Position numbers and translations under genes: made by a program. DNA of 63,915 nt, counting the filler, from Bigelowiella natans CCMP2755 (taxonomy: Eukaryota > Protista > Cercozoa): assembly GCA_000320545.1 (NCBI GenBank). It is 7 parts of 7 records of this genome, joined end to end, with 100 filler letters (N's around TTAATTAATTAA, not from the genome) between each part and the next. Parts side by side here need not be neighbours in the genome. Positions count along the whole stretch, not along the records: positions 24,408 to 47,114 come from ADNK01002554.1; positions 47,215 to 51,310 come from ADNK01000187.1; positions 51,411 to 58,337 come from ADNK01000321.1; 4 more parts are not named here. One strand, given 5' to 3'. Of this stretch, positions 42,940-57,010 are shown piece after piece. Under the pieces are notes generated by a model. That model saw nothing but the letters and a program-made list of their open reading frames with translations, made no database searches and was not told where the DNA came from. Numbering within the stretch: position 1 is the first letter of the stretch; every line of letters starts with the position of its first letter.

Positions 42940-43581
42940 CGTTCGGCTTGCCGGTGGGGATGTGGAGGAGAGATGTATGTCTGCTGTCTCCTTGGAGTAT
43001 GAGATTCAGTAACAAATCGGATTTTCATCCTGCGACAACATTTACAAGCCGACTTTATCACTCAGACGCCAGTCTAGCCGTTTCATTTTTGGGCTAACGC
43101 CATGGACGGATTACGGTAAAATACCCCAAAAACATGCGGAGCTTATATGCCTCGGCTACCAATCCGGATTTTTTTGCACTACTTTAATGAGGTCGCCGAT
43201 ATTCCATGTCTCTTGGGTAAAACCCCCTTCGTTACTATCTTATTGCTGACATGGGGTAGTCTGCATCTCACCGGTTCTTGCCCGAAAATCGGGCAGTGAC
43301 TGATATTTCTGGTGATTGTGCGATATATTTCGAAAGAATCTGATTTTCCGCTTGCGACAAGCCGTAGTGATCGACGCAGCTACTCGTAGTGTTTATTGGA
43401 ATATATCCCGATAATTCCCGACAACACCCATCGCTTCGGCAGGTCGGGCTGGGTCGGCGCGGGCACGGGGGCGGGGGGGTGGGGGAAGCGGTTGGAGGAT
43501 GGAAGCAGGGCAAACTGATCCTGTTATGACGATGATATCGAGCTTCACATGATAGGATATAGAGGGAGAATAAAAGAGAGG

Positions 43582-43619
<38 letters not shown>

Positions 43620-43620
<1 letters not shown>

Positions 43621-44010
43621 CTGCAGCCATGCTAGCATGTTGAATGCAATTCTGAGCTTTGCGATCTAGCGAATGATGCATGCTAGCATGACTACGCGCG
43701 CACATTCTAACATCGCTAGATTTGTGATCTAGTGACCACCATGCTAGCATGCGCAACATGACCATCACCAACATTTTCCACGCTAGCACGGTAAGGTCTA
43801 GAGCTCGTTGTCTGTGCAACTTCATGTGAACAACTCGTCGCGCACAGCTGAATTGATTGATTTGGAGATCGACAACATTGCTAGAATGCAGCGCATGCAT
43901 GTGACTATTCTACTATTGATAAATTTACACAACGCAAGGTTAATTAATTCAAAATCAATGTGCATTCGGAATACACATGCAACACAAAGCCTGCATGAAT
44001 AAGTGTTGCT
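43620..44010. other. Palindrome-word-rich island downstream of a minus-strand gene
   Basis: CATGCTAGCATG at 43628-43639, 43679-43690 and 43740-43751. Confidence 0.8.
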
Positions 44011-44166
44011 AATCTGCATTCCCATCACTGACGAACCTCCATTTACATGTGCACAGAGAAGTAAAAACACAGAAATCAGATCCATCCATTCGAAAAGACG
44101 AGAGGCGGTGGTAACGAATGTACAGGTTGGTTTTCTCTGAGATGTCACTTTTATCATAACATTACC

Positions 44167-46260
44167 TTAGCTCTGACACCGTAGGTAAACCCCGAGATTG
44201 GAAATTCTAGCATGTACATCTTATTAAAACAGATACTCTATATATACATTCAATGTAGCACACACAGACACACACACACACACTACAGATACTAAACACA
44301 CGAATAATTAATCACCAGACACTCACTCTCTCACATTCTAGGCAATATAGTTGTGCAACTATCACCTCTGCGAGCGCCTGCAGTGTGCTCTTATCTTCCT
44401 CGCTGAAGCGACTCTGCTTCTTGATGAAACGCTCCAAGGATCGCTTAAATCTAGTGGTCTGTTGGATATCCCGTATTACAGCATGTTGTTACACCCCAAC
44501 AACACAACCAATTTGGGCGATGATTCGATAAAAAGGGGCAATGGCGCAAATGTTCTCTTACATTTATTTGAAAGAGTAGCGGCAAGTTATGGTACATCAT
44601 AATCCGGGTCAGGGATACCTACATACGTGCAGCATTGAACGGCATCAGTACCACCGTTTTACGGTAATATTTAACACGGTTGTGTATGTGCGCGAGTTAT
44701 GTGCTGATAACGTGTGCGGCTTTATGTGGATTGGAGAAGTAGCGGTGCTGCTATGGTGCATCATCGAGTAGTAGGTAGTAGTAGTAGTTGTAGTAGTCGT
44801 AGTAGTACCACAAACTCTCTCTGCTGTCTTTCTTTCTGAAATATTATCGATTCAGGTGTATTAGTGGTTGAAGATCGCTTTCCTCGCTTATTATGTACAG
44901 CATGAGCACGGTTATTCGTTGAATATCGATCAGTGGCCTCACAGTTAGTAGTACTCGCCTTCATATCAGCTTCCATCTTGACATGCTCTTTCGTCTTCGT
45001 CTAATACATCAATAACACTGAATCATAACACTGAGCAACCACCTTCTTTCTCTCTCTCCCTCTCTCTCGCTCATGTGTCAATCTACGTGCATTGAGTGTT
45101 ACTAGAATGTATTGATCCCATCGGACATCAATGTCAAAAACCACCTTATCTGAGTACTTTTTCAGTTTTTCCGTACATCTCTTCAATCTGTCGTAGACAG
45201 ATGTGCAACAACCACTTAACGATTGGAAGCCATAGTTGATGATAAAAAGCGCCAAATAACGTTAAGACACGCATTAACACACCAGCCAATGCACACGATC
45301 AGCTTCGCCACTGCTACCAGAGAGTAATATTCTACTACTACTACTATCACTACTGGCGCTACTAAGAGTAACACGTATACTGACACTGCTATGTTGTCTA
45401 ATCCTCATCGGGCAAAGCTTCTGACGTATTCCGTCTCTTATGCCTCCTTCTCTTCCTGCCCCCCCCCCATCCTCATCACCGCTATCATCACGGCTATCAT
45501 CATCGTTGTCATCATCACCACCACCACCATCATCATTTCTATCGTTTCAAATGCATGCTACGGTACTACTCTTTATTTTGATGTATCCAGTGCGTTATGG
45601 TCTCCTGAAGGAATAGCAAAATAAAGTTTAAGTTGTGCCCAGAGGCGTTGACCTCCCCCCCCCTCTGCATGTAACCGTATATCAAACTACAAACGATTCG
45701 CCGCCTTATTCTTCTTATCAGACAGATTTTCCAACTTCCGGTTATATTATTTCGCATTGTGCACGCTGCTGTACAGCACCTTGACAGCGTCGATGTAGAT
45801 GACCTCCGTTCCTATCGTATCGATGAAGTGCTTGTCCCTGAGTTGGTGATATTAGCACATGATGTTGTTAATAAGATGCCATATATGGCATCCCCACGCT
45901 AGCAAGAAAGATAGCATAAGCGCGTATAAATAGGAAGCATCAATCGGCTAGTCACCAAAATCACAAACTTGCTGTTTGTCTGGCCAATAACTAACAACAA
46001 TGATGATGGCTCTCATGGAAGATGATTCTCTCTCTGACTGTCACTTTACCATAAGATAGGCGACTCGGCTGCGTTCTGATATGTATAGTAGCGACGTATG
46101 CATGGTAGCAAATAGGTATTAGTTTGTAGCATTTGTTGTATATCTTATTACAGATCGCATCATCGACTCTACTTGCATATGTGAAAAACAATAGTTTGAT
46201 ATGGTGAAACGAATCGATGTAGCTCATTATGCGAGCACACAAACACACGCACAATTGCAC

Positions 46261-46332
<72 letters not shown>

Positions 46333-46685
46333 AATAGAACATGTGAACGTAATATATTGTTAAAAATTACCGTTGCGAGCGAGTTGAGGCCCTTGAGCAT
46401 ATCGATGTTTTCTTCTGGCGCTAATTTATGTAAGTCAGCACAGGCACAGTATGGACAAAATTACATTATAAAATATATTTGTTTTCCTATTTTATCTATA
46501 CGTGAAAATAATCCAACATATCACAGCATAAATTAAAACAAATGCTTATTGGTTATCTATAAATTGTGTCAATATATGTATATATATATATATATATAGT
46601 GTATATTCATATGATTGCCCTTGATAAGCATAGAAGGCCCAGTAATAGTTTTCTCTTTGATCACCACCATTTGTGCGTTGTGCGT

Positions 46686-46722
<37 letters not shown>

Positions 46723-46823
46723 CTGATTGAAGGCACCCACCTACTTTTCCAAGCAACCCATCTTCAAGTTTCTGGTCCGAGGCGAAGATAAAGATGGAGA
46801 CGTATACAACATATATTAAATTA

Positions 46824-46861
<38 letters not shown>

Positions 46862-46945
46862 TATATTCATATGATTGCCCTTGATAAGCATAGAAGGCCC
46901 AGTAATAGTTTTCTCTTTGATCACCACCATTTGTGCGTTGTGCGT

Positions 46946-46985
<40 letters not shown>

Positions 46986-47070
46986 TTATGATGACATTGA
47001 TTGAGTAACGACCTGTCGCGTTTCTAATGCGCTACAAACGGCCTTGAAATGGGTACTGTTTATGTCGTAG
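44167..47070 (-). CDS. Hypothetical multi-exon protein, 5' end lost at gap
   Basis: AG/GT-bounded exons such as DKHFIDTIGTEVIYIDAVK, ETITHWIHQNKE, FKRSLERFIKKQSRFSEEDKSTLQALAE | NFQSRVYLRCQS*. Confidence 0.4.
46578..46982. repeat. Direct repeat of about 140 bp (about 46578-46720 and 46838-46980) bounded by (TA)n and (GT)n
   Basis: Identical gtgtatattcatatgattgcccttgataagc...tgtgcgttgtgcgttgtgc, 240 bp apart. Confidence 0.9.
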
Positions 47071-47114
47071 GAACAGTAGCAGCAGCACCAGAAATAAACG
47101 TAGTAGTATTAGTG

Positions 47115-47214
47115 NNNNNNNNNNNNNNNNNNNNNNNNNNNNNNNNNNNNNNNNNNNNTTAATTAATTAANNNNNNNNNNNNNNNNNNNNNNNNNNNNNN
47201 NNNNNNNNNNNNNN
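47115..47214. other. Artificial contig spacer
   Basis: N44-TTAATTAATTAA-N44. Confidence 0.97.
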
Positions 47215-47839
47215 CCGATATCCGCCTTTAACAGGGCGCTGATAGCAATCAGATGTGTGCTTCTTGGACACGTGGAAAGTCATCGGAATGTTGTTATTTT
47301 TCTTTTTTCCCCTTTTTTTTTTATAAAAAAAAAAAGTCTCCCCCTATGAGAGAGGAGGCATCGTCGCGGATTTTTTGCTCAAAAAAGTGTTGGGATGTTC
47401 TTCGTTTTGCGTATCTTTGCAGCTGATGGGGAGCGCCACCCGGGCAGGCCCGATCTAGGCAAGAATTTCAGCTCGATCATCCGAAGGAATGAGGACGAGC
47501 GAAGACCAGGTAACACGATGTCAAGAGGAAGGAAAGAAGAGGAGGAGGAGGAGGAGGAAGAAGAAGAAGAAGAAGAAGAAGAAGAAGAAGAAGGGGGTTA
47601 GGGTTAGGGGAGACGGAGAAGAATGAATGCACGTGTGTTATTTGTACGAAAATCAACGACATGTACGATGTTACATGCAATAGGTTGTAAAGCGCTGCGA
47701 ATTAGAGAAGGGCAAGTGCGGAGTCTTGAGCGACAAGCACAAGAAGATGCTCATGAAGCAGAGAAAGTAATTTCAAAAAAAAAATCATGATGGAGAGAAA
47801 AAGAGAGAGATTATTATATGTCTGTTTGGCAGACACACG

Positions 47840-47875
<36 letters not shown>

Positions 47876-47884
47876 GTAGGTACT
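47215..47884 (+). repeat. Near-identical copy of 49318-49978 (two CCDC93 exons) at the contig edge, probably misassembly
   Basis: Same sequence with single-base insertions that frameshift the exon (cccggg, gcccgatc, ccgaagg). Confidence 0.85.
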
Positions 47885-47901
47885 AAAATACTATCATTTG
47901 T

Positions 47902-47941
<40 letters not shown>

Positions 47942-47946
47942 AACAG

Positions 47947-48019
47947 GGCGGCTTCAAAGAGCGCTGTATTGCCCATAGGAAAGAATTGGAAGAGAAGGTG
48001 CTAGCAAGTAGCATAAACA

Positions 48020-48062
<43 letters not shown>

Positions 48063-48065
48063 AGG

Positions 48066-48098
<33 letters not shown>

Positions 48099-48193
48099 AG
48101 GGAAGGGCGGGGGGTGAGTATACATTGACGATGTACTTGCCCCTCCACCCTCACCATCACGACGAATTCGGCCATCATCACCATCATCATTGT

Positions 48194-48232
<39 letters not shown>

Positions 48233-48428
48233 GATTATATAATAAATAGCTGAAGCAGCTCAAATCGGGCGAGAACGATGACCAGACGAGGCGGATGCTC
48301 GAGATCGAGCGCCTCTACGACAGCGACCTCTCCAAGTATTTAGCGCTTTTATTATTCATCCTCACCCCTTTAATTACTCGCGCACGCGTTTACACACTTC
48401 CTGGCATCGTCGTCTCTCCCGTCATCAC

Positions 48429-48463
<35 letters not shown>

Positions 48464-48472
48464 CCTTCATCA

Positions 48473-48507
<35 letters not shown>

Positions 48508-48665
48508 ATCTTCCTCCCCCTCCCCTCTTCATGATGCGTGCAAAACAGGTACAACAAACTACGCGGGCTGCTGGCCAAGAAGAACCTCCAAATCGCGCGA
48601 GTTACGAGATCTATCGACTCTATTCCTACCCGCGCAGAGCTTCTTCAATACCAAAGAAGGTGTGC

Positions 48666-48707
<42 letters not shown>

Positions 48708-49007
48708 AGAGGGGGGGGGGAGGGGGGGGGGGTCACCATCATCATCATCATCATCAATCATCAATCATCCATGATCGCAGATTCGTGGAATTGTACGAGC
48801 TAGTTTCGAGCAAGCTTGTGGAGACGAGAAAGTACTTTGAGCTATATAACATGCTCGAGGAGAAACACAGGTAGCAGTGGTAGCAGCAGTAGTAGTTGTT
48901 GTAGTAGTAGTAGTAGTAGTAGTAGTAGTGCGAGCAGCAGCAGCATGAGGAGGAGGAGATATTTAAATGGTGAAGTTTGTTGGGTGGGGGAACGTAAATA
49001 GATTCCG

Positions 49008-49061
<54 letters not shown>

Positions 49062-49115
49062 GTGTGTGTGTGTGTGTGTGTTTATGCCCGACGCAAAGCT
49101 CTACTTTCCACCAAA

Positions 49116-49147
<32 letters not shown>

Positions 49148-49238
49148 CTACTTCTACTAAAGATACATGGTCAATGAAGTTGAGCTGCTGAACTCCATCT
49201 CCAAGAGTGTGCCTAAGGTATACTTACACGCATGTGTG

Positions 49239-49273
<35 letters not shown>

Positions 49274-49936
49274 GCGGCAATGGCTAGAGCGATCTAGCCA
49301 CCTACCACCATCTTCTTCCGATATCCGCCTTTAACAGGGCGCTGATAGCAATCAGATGTGTGCTTCTTGGACACGTGGAAAGTCATCGGAATTGTTGTTA
49401 TTTTTCTTTTTTCCCTTTTTTTTTTTTAAAAAAAAAAGTCTCCCCTATGAGAGAGGAGGCATCGTCGCGGATTTTTTGCTCAAAAAAGTGTTGGGATGTT
49501 CTTCGTTTTGCGTATCTTTGCAGCTGATGGGGAGCGCCACCGGGCAGGCCGATCTAGGCAAGAATTTCAGCTCGATCATCCAAGGAATGAGGACGAGCGA
49601 AGACCAGGTAACACGATGTCAAGAGGAAGGAAAGAAGAGGAGGAGGAGGAGGAGGAAGAAGAAGAAGAAGAAGAAGAAGAAGAAGAAGAAGGGGGTTAGG
49701 GTTAGGGGAGACGGAGAAGAATGAATGCACGTGTGTTATTTGTACGAAAATCAACGACATGTACGATGTTACATGCAATAGGTTGTAAAGCGCTGCGAAT
49801 TAGAGAAGGGCAAGTGCGGAGTCTTGAGCGACAAGCACAAGAAGATGCTCATGAAGCAGAGAAAGTAATTTCAAAAAAAAAATCATGATGGAGAGAAAAA
49901 GAGAGAGATTATTATATGTCTGTTTGGCAGCACTAG

Positions 49937-49970
<34 letters not shown>

Positions 49971-50104
49971 GTAGGTACTTCCAAGCTGTTAAGGAGTTCC
50001 AAGAGGAGTGTCACAAGAATGAGCGGCTGCAAGCCGCCGTCGATGCACACGAGGACGAAACGGACAATGAGGGGGAGGGCGTCCCTGAGGATGATGCAGA
50101 ATGA
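47947..50104 (+). CDS. CCDC93: CCDC93 (CCC/Commander complex subunit), 3' part
   Basis: LLAKKNLQIARVTRSIDSIPTRAELLQYQRR|FVELY...YFELYNMLEEK...EVELLNSI...KQRK|YFQAVKEFQEECHKNERL. Stop at 50102-50104. Confidence 0.92.
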
Positions 50105-50500
50105 TCATGATGTGACATCTAGACAAAACCACATGCACATGCAATGCTACGCATGGTCTGGATGATGTCGTCGTAGAAATAACACACGCATTGTGACAAA
50201 GCCTGAATGCTCGTGCATCGCTATCATCATGCAAGCAACATTGCATGCATAGTAGCCGGGCTACAGGGCGGCAGGTGTACCAGCCGGCATCTTTCGATGC
50301 AAGCTAGCAAGGACATGCATGCGCATTCGCATCAATGGCCGCAATGTGCACATAAAATGACAATCAAGCGCCCATGCAGCTAGTAGGCGGTATAGCATAG
50401 TAGAGCAAATCTGTGCTCGGATCACTTGCAGCAAAATGATCAATCAATGCGTATTATGGCGCAAGTTAAGCAGACGTAGGCAGGAGTTTTAGCCGCATTG
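50105..50500. other. Palindrome-word-rich island downstream of CCDC93
   Basis: catgcacatgcaatgc, ttgcatgcat, aagctagc, catgcatgcgca, catgcagctag. Confidence 0.65.
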
Positions 50501-50539
50501 ATCGCGTGTTTATTTATTCATTAAATCTGTTTCATGTTC

Positions 50540-50581
<42 letters not shown>

Positions 50582-51310
50582 ATGACTATATATACATTCT
50601 ATAGGCTATCTAGACTTTCAGTTGGCGCAGTCGCGACACGTATTCACGCGTCCCGAGACCAACGATGCGTCACGTACGGTTGTCGTTGAGACGACGCCAT
50701 TATGCTGTTCTGTTTACATCAGGAACGACCCACGCACACGCACTTTCAATGGCCATGTTGTTGATGCCTGCATGATGATGAAACATGAGTTATACCACAT
50801 AACATATAAACATATACAACATATATATATATATATATATATACATATATATAAAAATTATATAATAGTCATACAATGATAATGATGCTGATGACGATGA
50901 TATTAATAACATGGCCACTACCACGGCACACACGGAAGAAGCCAGCCTCCCCCCAACCTACACAGCCAATAGACACCAGTTTACATACGTTTATTAGGCA
51001 TAACGAGGGCATTATTTTGGGTTGTTCTGTGCATAAATCGACCCAAGCAACACCCAAAAGTGCCCTGCTAGATGCTTGTTGAAAACAAAAAGCCAAGTCA
51101 GGAATAACTAGCCATCATCATCATCATCATCATCATCATCGTTATCATCGTTTTCATCGTCATCATGTGTTTGTGGTTCCAAAAGGGGGGGGGGGGGGGG
51201 GGGGGGGGGGGTTTTTTCCCAGGGCCCCCCTTTTTCTTTCTTTTCCGGATTTTTTTAAAAAACCCAAAGGGGAAAAAAAAAAAAACCCCAAATTTTGGGG
51301 AAAAAAAAAG

Positions 51311-51410
51311 NNNNNNNNNNNNNNNNNNNNNNNNNNNNNNNNNNNNNNNNNNNNTTAATTAATTAANNNNNNNNNNNNNNNNNNNNNNNNNNNNNNNNNN
51401 NNNNNNNNNN
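51311..51410. other. Artificial contig spacer
   Basis: N44-TTAATTAATTAA-N44. Confidence 0.97.
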
Positions 51411-51426
51411 TCGTCCTCTGACTTAC

Positions 51427-51592
51427 AATGGAATTTGTCTGCGCGGAATGTTGGGTTTTCGATGTGAAGCCGTTCGACGGCGATCCGGTTCAGCGCAGTG
51501 TTGTCCAACACAACCTGGAAATAGTAGCAGAGGGAGAGGATGTTTAAGTGAGGAGGAGGACGGAGGTAGAGGCGGACAGGAGCCAGGAGGAG

Positions 51593-51638
<46 letters not shown>

Positions 51639-52842
51639 GAATCAGAGCCAAACGACTACATGAAATACCACAGCGTCGGTGTTTAGGGTCAGGCGCTTGA
51701 GGGTGAGCATAGAGTTGTACGGCTGCACGACTACGTCGCTCGTCTCTTGCTGGTTCGGAAATACTGAGTAGGTCTGGATCAGTTTCTTTGGAAAGCGATC
51801 ATTCAGACGCTCAAGGAGGTACGAGCCCATCCCCGAACCCGTTCCACCGGCAATGGAGTGACAAAGGACGAAGCCCTTATAAAACGACACAACACCCGTT
51901 AATAGATTCTTGGAGGATGAAAAGTGAGTTTATGTATACTCGTTCTCATATATACAACGAAGCGATAAAGGCGAACAACCTCCAGACTGTCGCTTCCGTC
52001 AGCCTCCCTGTCCACAATCTCAAGGACCTCATCCGAAATCTGATCGGCGAGCTCCCAACCTATCGACACACAGCTACATTTCAAGGATGTACAAAGAGGC
52101 ACGTGAAATGTTTGCTTTCTTGATGCTCAGCGCTTATTTCTTAATATCTCCCGTTTCTTTCTCCTCGTGTATACCCATAGCCCAGTTGTTTCCAGCGCCT
52201 CCGCCTTCTTTATGGACGTATATGTTCTCGTGATTGTAGAGATCCTTGTACTCCCCAGAACGAATTGAGTTAATAACCTTTATGTTGATATATTGTCATC
52301 ATTCAAAATCAACGCTCGATGCATTTTACCAAAAAAATTGGGGATCTAGGAGGCGAGCAGCGTGTGAGAGCAACGAACTGTTGCAAGTAAGTTGCAAGCA
52401 CCAAAGCTGAGGAAAGGGAGGGGGGGGAGGGAGTACCCGTGGTTCTAAATCAAGCAGGATGGCACGTGGAATGTAGTGTTCGTCGTCCGCTTGGTAAAAA
52501 AAGACATCCTTCCTGTCAACTCCCTCTGTCGCGAAGTCTTGGATGATTCCATCACTGCAAGGTAGTTGGAAGCTCAGATCACAGAGCATTTTCATTTTAC
52601 ATTTGGGTTACCTTGCGATTCCATGCTCGAGACATAATCTCTTCCAAAACTCAGTGCCCACTAACGATACAAGGACAAGGGCATATCAATTGCAATTCAT
52701 TTCGCGTGTCGCATGAGTTCCTACAGCAAGCTGAACAAAATCTATCCTCGCTGGGAAGACTAATACGCATAAGCGTTAGAAATACACAGGTACCTTGATT
52801 GCCACATTGGCCCACTTGCAACGTGATGATCTCCCGCGGCAT
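51427..52842 (-). CDS. TUBG1: Gamma-tubulin, first 7 exons; 3' part lost at gap
   Basis: [16 protein letters not shown]|[15 protein letters not shown]|...[27 protein letters not shown]|...GGGAGNNWA...[11 protein letters not shown]|[18 protein letters not shown]...[10 protein letters not shown]|[12 protein letters not shown]. Confidence 0.98.
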
Positions 52843-52989
52843 GGTGTGGAGGCGTACTTTGGTTGAGGTTCCTGGAAGCTTCCTCTAGAAGGTCTTTTCA
52901 GACCAAATTTGAACGGATTTAATAGTATTTTATGAGATTAAAGGTAAAACGAATCATACGACAACCTTTGAACAACATATAGTAGATAA

Positions 52990-54477
52990 TCTAAGCCAAG
53001 TTATAAATGAAAACGAACTGCCCGAAGGATGATTTTCGGTATGGATGTTTTCCCGCGCAATCTTTCACAGAGAGTAGAGAGGTTTTGAGCATCCATGTCC
53101 TACGATGTCCCTCGAGTAAAAAGTAGACCAAAACTTGGATTTTGAACGAAAGGAATACATTCGATTCCTGGATAACGACTTCCCCACAGGATTGTCGCAG
53201 TGAATTTTCGAAGGAGCAAGTCGTTTTGGATAGCATGCCTTTACTACATAGAAATGACTCCTTTTACATGTCGTTGATACAAATAAGGTGCCATTTTGTG
53301 CAGCTACCCCTGTGTTTTCTGTCGCTTGGACGCCTCGTTTTCTCCTCATAGTTCATCCCCCCAACTTCTTCTCATCCAAGCAAGCTCTTTGGAAAGGGAA
53401 AACAAGAAAACAAGGATTCGACATTTAGTAACGTGGTAAGGTGCGAAAAATCGAATTCGAAGAGAAGACGAAGAAGATAAGTAAAATTACATCAAATAAT
53501 TCGTACGTCTTAAGGCCCCGAGGCTGCCCAAGTCATGGTATTCGCTCGTTACAGCCACACGGAGAGGAAAAGAGAAAAGAAACCACTTCCACCAATTCTA
53601 CAGGGCGCTTTGATAACCAAAGTGAGTGTTCTAACCTTACTTATACTCAGTGGGAAGTTGTTGTAATTCGAACTGTGCACTTGGACCTAACAGAAAAAGA
53701 AGAAGAGACTTCGAAGGCCACCACTACCAGGTTCCATTTACAAAATGCCTCACTTCGTACTTTTCTAAAAAAATAGCTTATAATTATTTGAGGTGTTTGG
53801 TTGAAAAAAGAAAATTGTTTTAATTGATGCCTTTCATCAGGAAAAGTACGAGCGGCGAAAGACAGCCTAGGTTAAGCAAAGAAGCACTTATCATCATAGC
53901 GTGGACAAATCCAAAATATGATATCCCACAACCAAATAAGAACGCACGCATTCTCGTATACACGCATTCTTGTATACACACATACACGCATACATGCATT
54001 CACATACTATATGTATCTAACAATGTGTACTTATTTTTTTTGTTTTGACACAATTCTCAATGCACACACACTCTGATGGATGATAGCATTTCCGTAATAA
54101 CCGGATACATTATTTAAATACAGGACAACCGCGAACCCTCGCTGGTGACTTCAAAACACGTGACGCCCGACATAAAAAACCCGGAACTGTAGAATATAAC
54201 CTCGAAGTTCTTCGCCGCATGGAGTAATTTTGACCGTTTTAAATTAGTTTGTTTAGAATTGCTTTCAACAGTATCGAAAGGGCAAAGACCAACGCAAAAA
54301 TATGGATTTCTTGTTATTTTTGTTGTTACAGGATTACTCAACGAGGTTATGGATACCGGAGCAATGTCGGAGGATTTGTCCCTTTAGTGTAATATCTGGC
54401 CTACCCCGCCACCTTCCCTCGCGCTCTCCCTAACCCTATTACCTCTAACCCTAACCATCCCTCCCCCTCCCCCCTCC

Positions 54478-54526
<49 letters not shown>

Positions 54527-55725
54527 ATGCATCTTCATGATTAGTGTTTTTGTTCCGTATGTGATGTACCCTATGATAGTGATGGCGGTATAGATCCTGA
54601 GGGCTTTCAGACGGAGGAGATGCTGTAAGAGATAATAATATTCCACAGTGAGGATTATGCTATTGTGCCATCTAATGTCCGAAGTGCCCTGCCTTTTTCA
54701 TTCTAATGTGGTTGATTACATGGGAGTGTACGCACACAGGAAAAGTACAAAGAGGGAAAGGTTCCTGCCATGCAAGAAATTGCATAAATTTAGGTCTGGT
54801 ATTTCTGCTTCATTGTGCATGGCAAGAACATTATGAACCATATATCTTCGAAAATTATTTGAACCAACCTTCTCTAGTAACGCCATCATGATTCTGAATA
54901 TTCGCTCTGCGGTGTCTGTGGCATTTACATGAATTGCTATTCCACACCCCTCAGTATTAACCCAGAGGCCACGGGGCCCAAGCCGCCTCCCGTATCAAAA
55001 AAATCTTCTACCGAAGAGGTGGGATGCATGCCACATGCGTAGGATGGAATATGAAGTATCTAGAGTTTGTTGTCCCGTTGTTCTCATACATTGTGCCGTT
55101 GGGACTTCGTAGTCTCTGTATTTAATTCTGCATCGATTTTGCAGTTCCGCAGAGTGGCGAGACGAGGCATGTCCCGTGACCCTTGGGGATGTAAGTACAG
55201 CACACTCGCAAATCAGTGTCATCCCAATGGCATCTATCTCCTCTATCTTGCCCTGTTCTCACATCCTCGCAAAAAAACAAGCTTCGACACTTAGTCATTA
55301 AGACATCCTGAAGTCTCTGCATTTCCTTGGACGTACATTGGTGAAAGTGATGCGTAACTTTTTGTCCTCTTGTTGTCAGCATTCTTCACACGACCCGGGC
55401 AAGAGCCAAACACTGCTCTGGTAAAATAGCAGCATGGTGTTGAATTTCTGTTTTCCAGATCTTGTTAGCGATAAACTTTTCTAACGGTTCATCAGGACAT
55501 GCATACGACTCTCCGCAGCCTTTCTGGCGGAAATCCTGGGAGTGGGAAATCAGCTAAGACATTAGAGGAGGTTTATTGATACATAAGCTTCAAGCGCTTT
55601 CAAATTTTCACTTATATTTCTGCCCCAGTTCTCAGCGTACTGCTTTGCTGTGATGCTTCCGCAATATTTTATGTGCTAGAACTCTAACTCTTTCTTGTTG
55701 TATGCGAACGCAATGTGATTCAACT
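52990..55725 (-). CDS. Possible micro-exon-rich hypothetical gene or decayed gene
   Basis: Series of short AG...GT-bounded open segments (GFPPERLRRV, EQCLALAR, GKIEEIDAIGMTLI, EDFFDTGGGLGPVASG, IMMALLEK). No start codon or family identified. Confidence 0.3.
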
Positions 55726-56178
55726 ACAGATAAAAGTCGCTTCAAGATTAGGATACAAACGGAACTTCGATGGAAGGGTGTTTCCCCTTGGAGATCAATA
55801 TCGATAAACATGACAGTGAAGCAATAGTTTTAATAAAAACCAGACAATGAATGACGATGCCCGTGCTTTTGTCCATACTTCCTACAATTTCAAATTTTGT
55901 CTGCAATCAATTGCCCTCCCTTACATGTACATATGTCTAGATGTGCCCAACGAGTTGAAGTTTAGAAAATGAGCATGAGATTACACGTTCTAATACTCAC
56001 ATCAGCAATTTTCACCATCGCCAGAACAGGTCATGTGACATGCACGATGCGCACACGCATAGGTTCATACGTGCCCACACTGTTTTCACATGCGAACATG
56101 TTGGATTGTCTTTGCAGCTCCATGCAATGCCCCATGACTGCTGGCATGTGCGATGATGCGTGTGTGCGTGCGCGCGTG

Positions 56179-56222
<44 letters not shown>

Positions 56223-57010
56223 ATGCGCCATCGCGCCCACACGTCTTGCTCGTGCGTCCAATCCGAAGCAGCTCTGGAGCTGCGCGTCGCGCATCACATC
56301 CAGCTTCGTTGATTGCCGCACATCGGCACCGTGCAGGCCGCTAGGAGCCACACATCGAAAACTCACCAAAGTCAAAACCACCAAAAACTTTTTTGGCGCG
56401 GAAACGTTCAATTTTGCGAATTTTGGAGTGGAACTTCTGGAGGTGACGGAGTTGCTCTTGACACGGCCTCTGAGCATGTTTTTTTGAGCCAACGCGCAAA
56501 GGGGACCCTTTCCACGGCACCCAAAGTTTTTGCCCTCGATTTTTTTCCTTGAAAATCTACTTTTTTGCACCCCTTTCTGGACAATTCTGGACCTTCTCAC
56601 ACGTCCAGAAGTCTTCTGTGGTGCTTCGGAAGAAGTTTGGAGTGGATTCCGAGCATGACACGGACCAAAACCCGGGGAGTGACACCCCCTTGCCACTCTT
56701 TTCAGGCTGTGTTTGGTCAAAACGGGCTGTTTCGTCACACATTTATATGATTACATCGCTACGGACGGGGAATACGGGATTTTCTGGGAGAACTTCCCAG
56801 AAAAGAGCTCGAATTTGCACAAAATTCGTGTCGCCAACGATGAAAGGTCGGGCAGGTACGCTAGATCACTAGACTCTTGCAACAAATATTTGATTTAGTT
56901 CTTAATTTCGATATTTTTTCGACACAAATTCCTTCCTCGACCCTCCCGCTTACTGATCACTTCTCGCAGCCAACCCCCACCCCTAGCCGAGGACCAATTG
57001 GATTCTCTCT

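Noticed and set aside
46578-46982. Direct repeat as a possible mobile intron element or mutually exclusive exon
   Set aside because: Identical copies bounded by microsatellites close to a contig end; an assembly artefact cannot be excluded and no third copy was seen.
47215-47884. Apparent exon scrambling or duplication of CCDC93 3' exons upstream of earlier exons
   Set aside because: Starts at the contig edge, is nearly identical apart from single-base indels and ends at a microsatellite; most likely misassembly.
50905-50960. Minus-strand WGEAGFFRVCRGSG resembling a papain-family C-terminus
   Set aside because: The adjacent catalytic His/Asn (KNSWG) exon was not found and other frames are equally plausible.
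51180-51310. Homopolymer-rich stretch (similar at about 18580-18800 and 58850-58960)
   Set aside because: Typical degraded read quality after long G/C runs; not interpreted as G-quadruplex elements.
51440-51450. Frameshift in gamma-tubulin (extra C in ACA TTC C GCG CAG)
   Set aside because: About 35 bp from the contig end; removing one C restores PTFAQTNSI. Probable sequencing error rather than pseudogene or recoding.
54428-54456. CCCTAA/TTAGGG-like repeats (also about 47593-47610 and 49691-49708)
   Set aside because: Only 2-3 degenerate units in low-complexity sequence; not a telomere.
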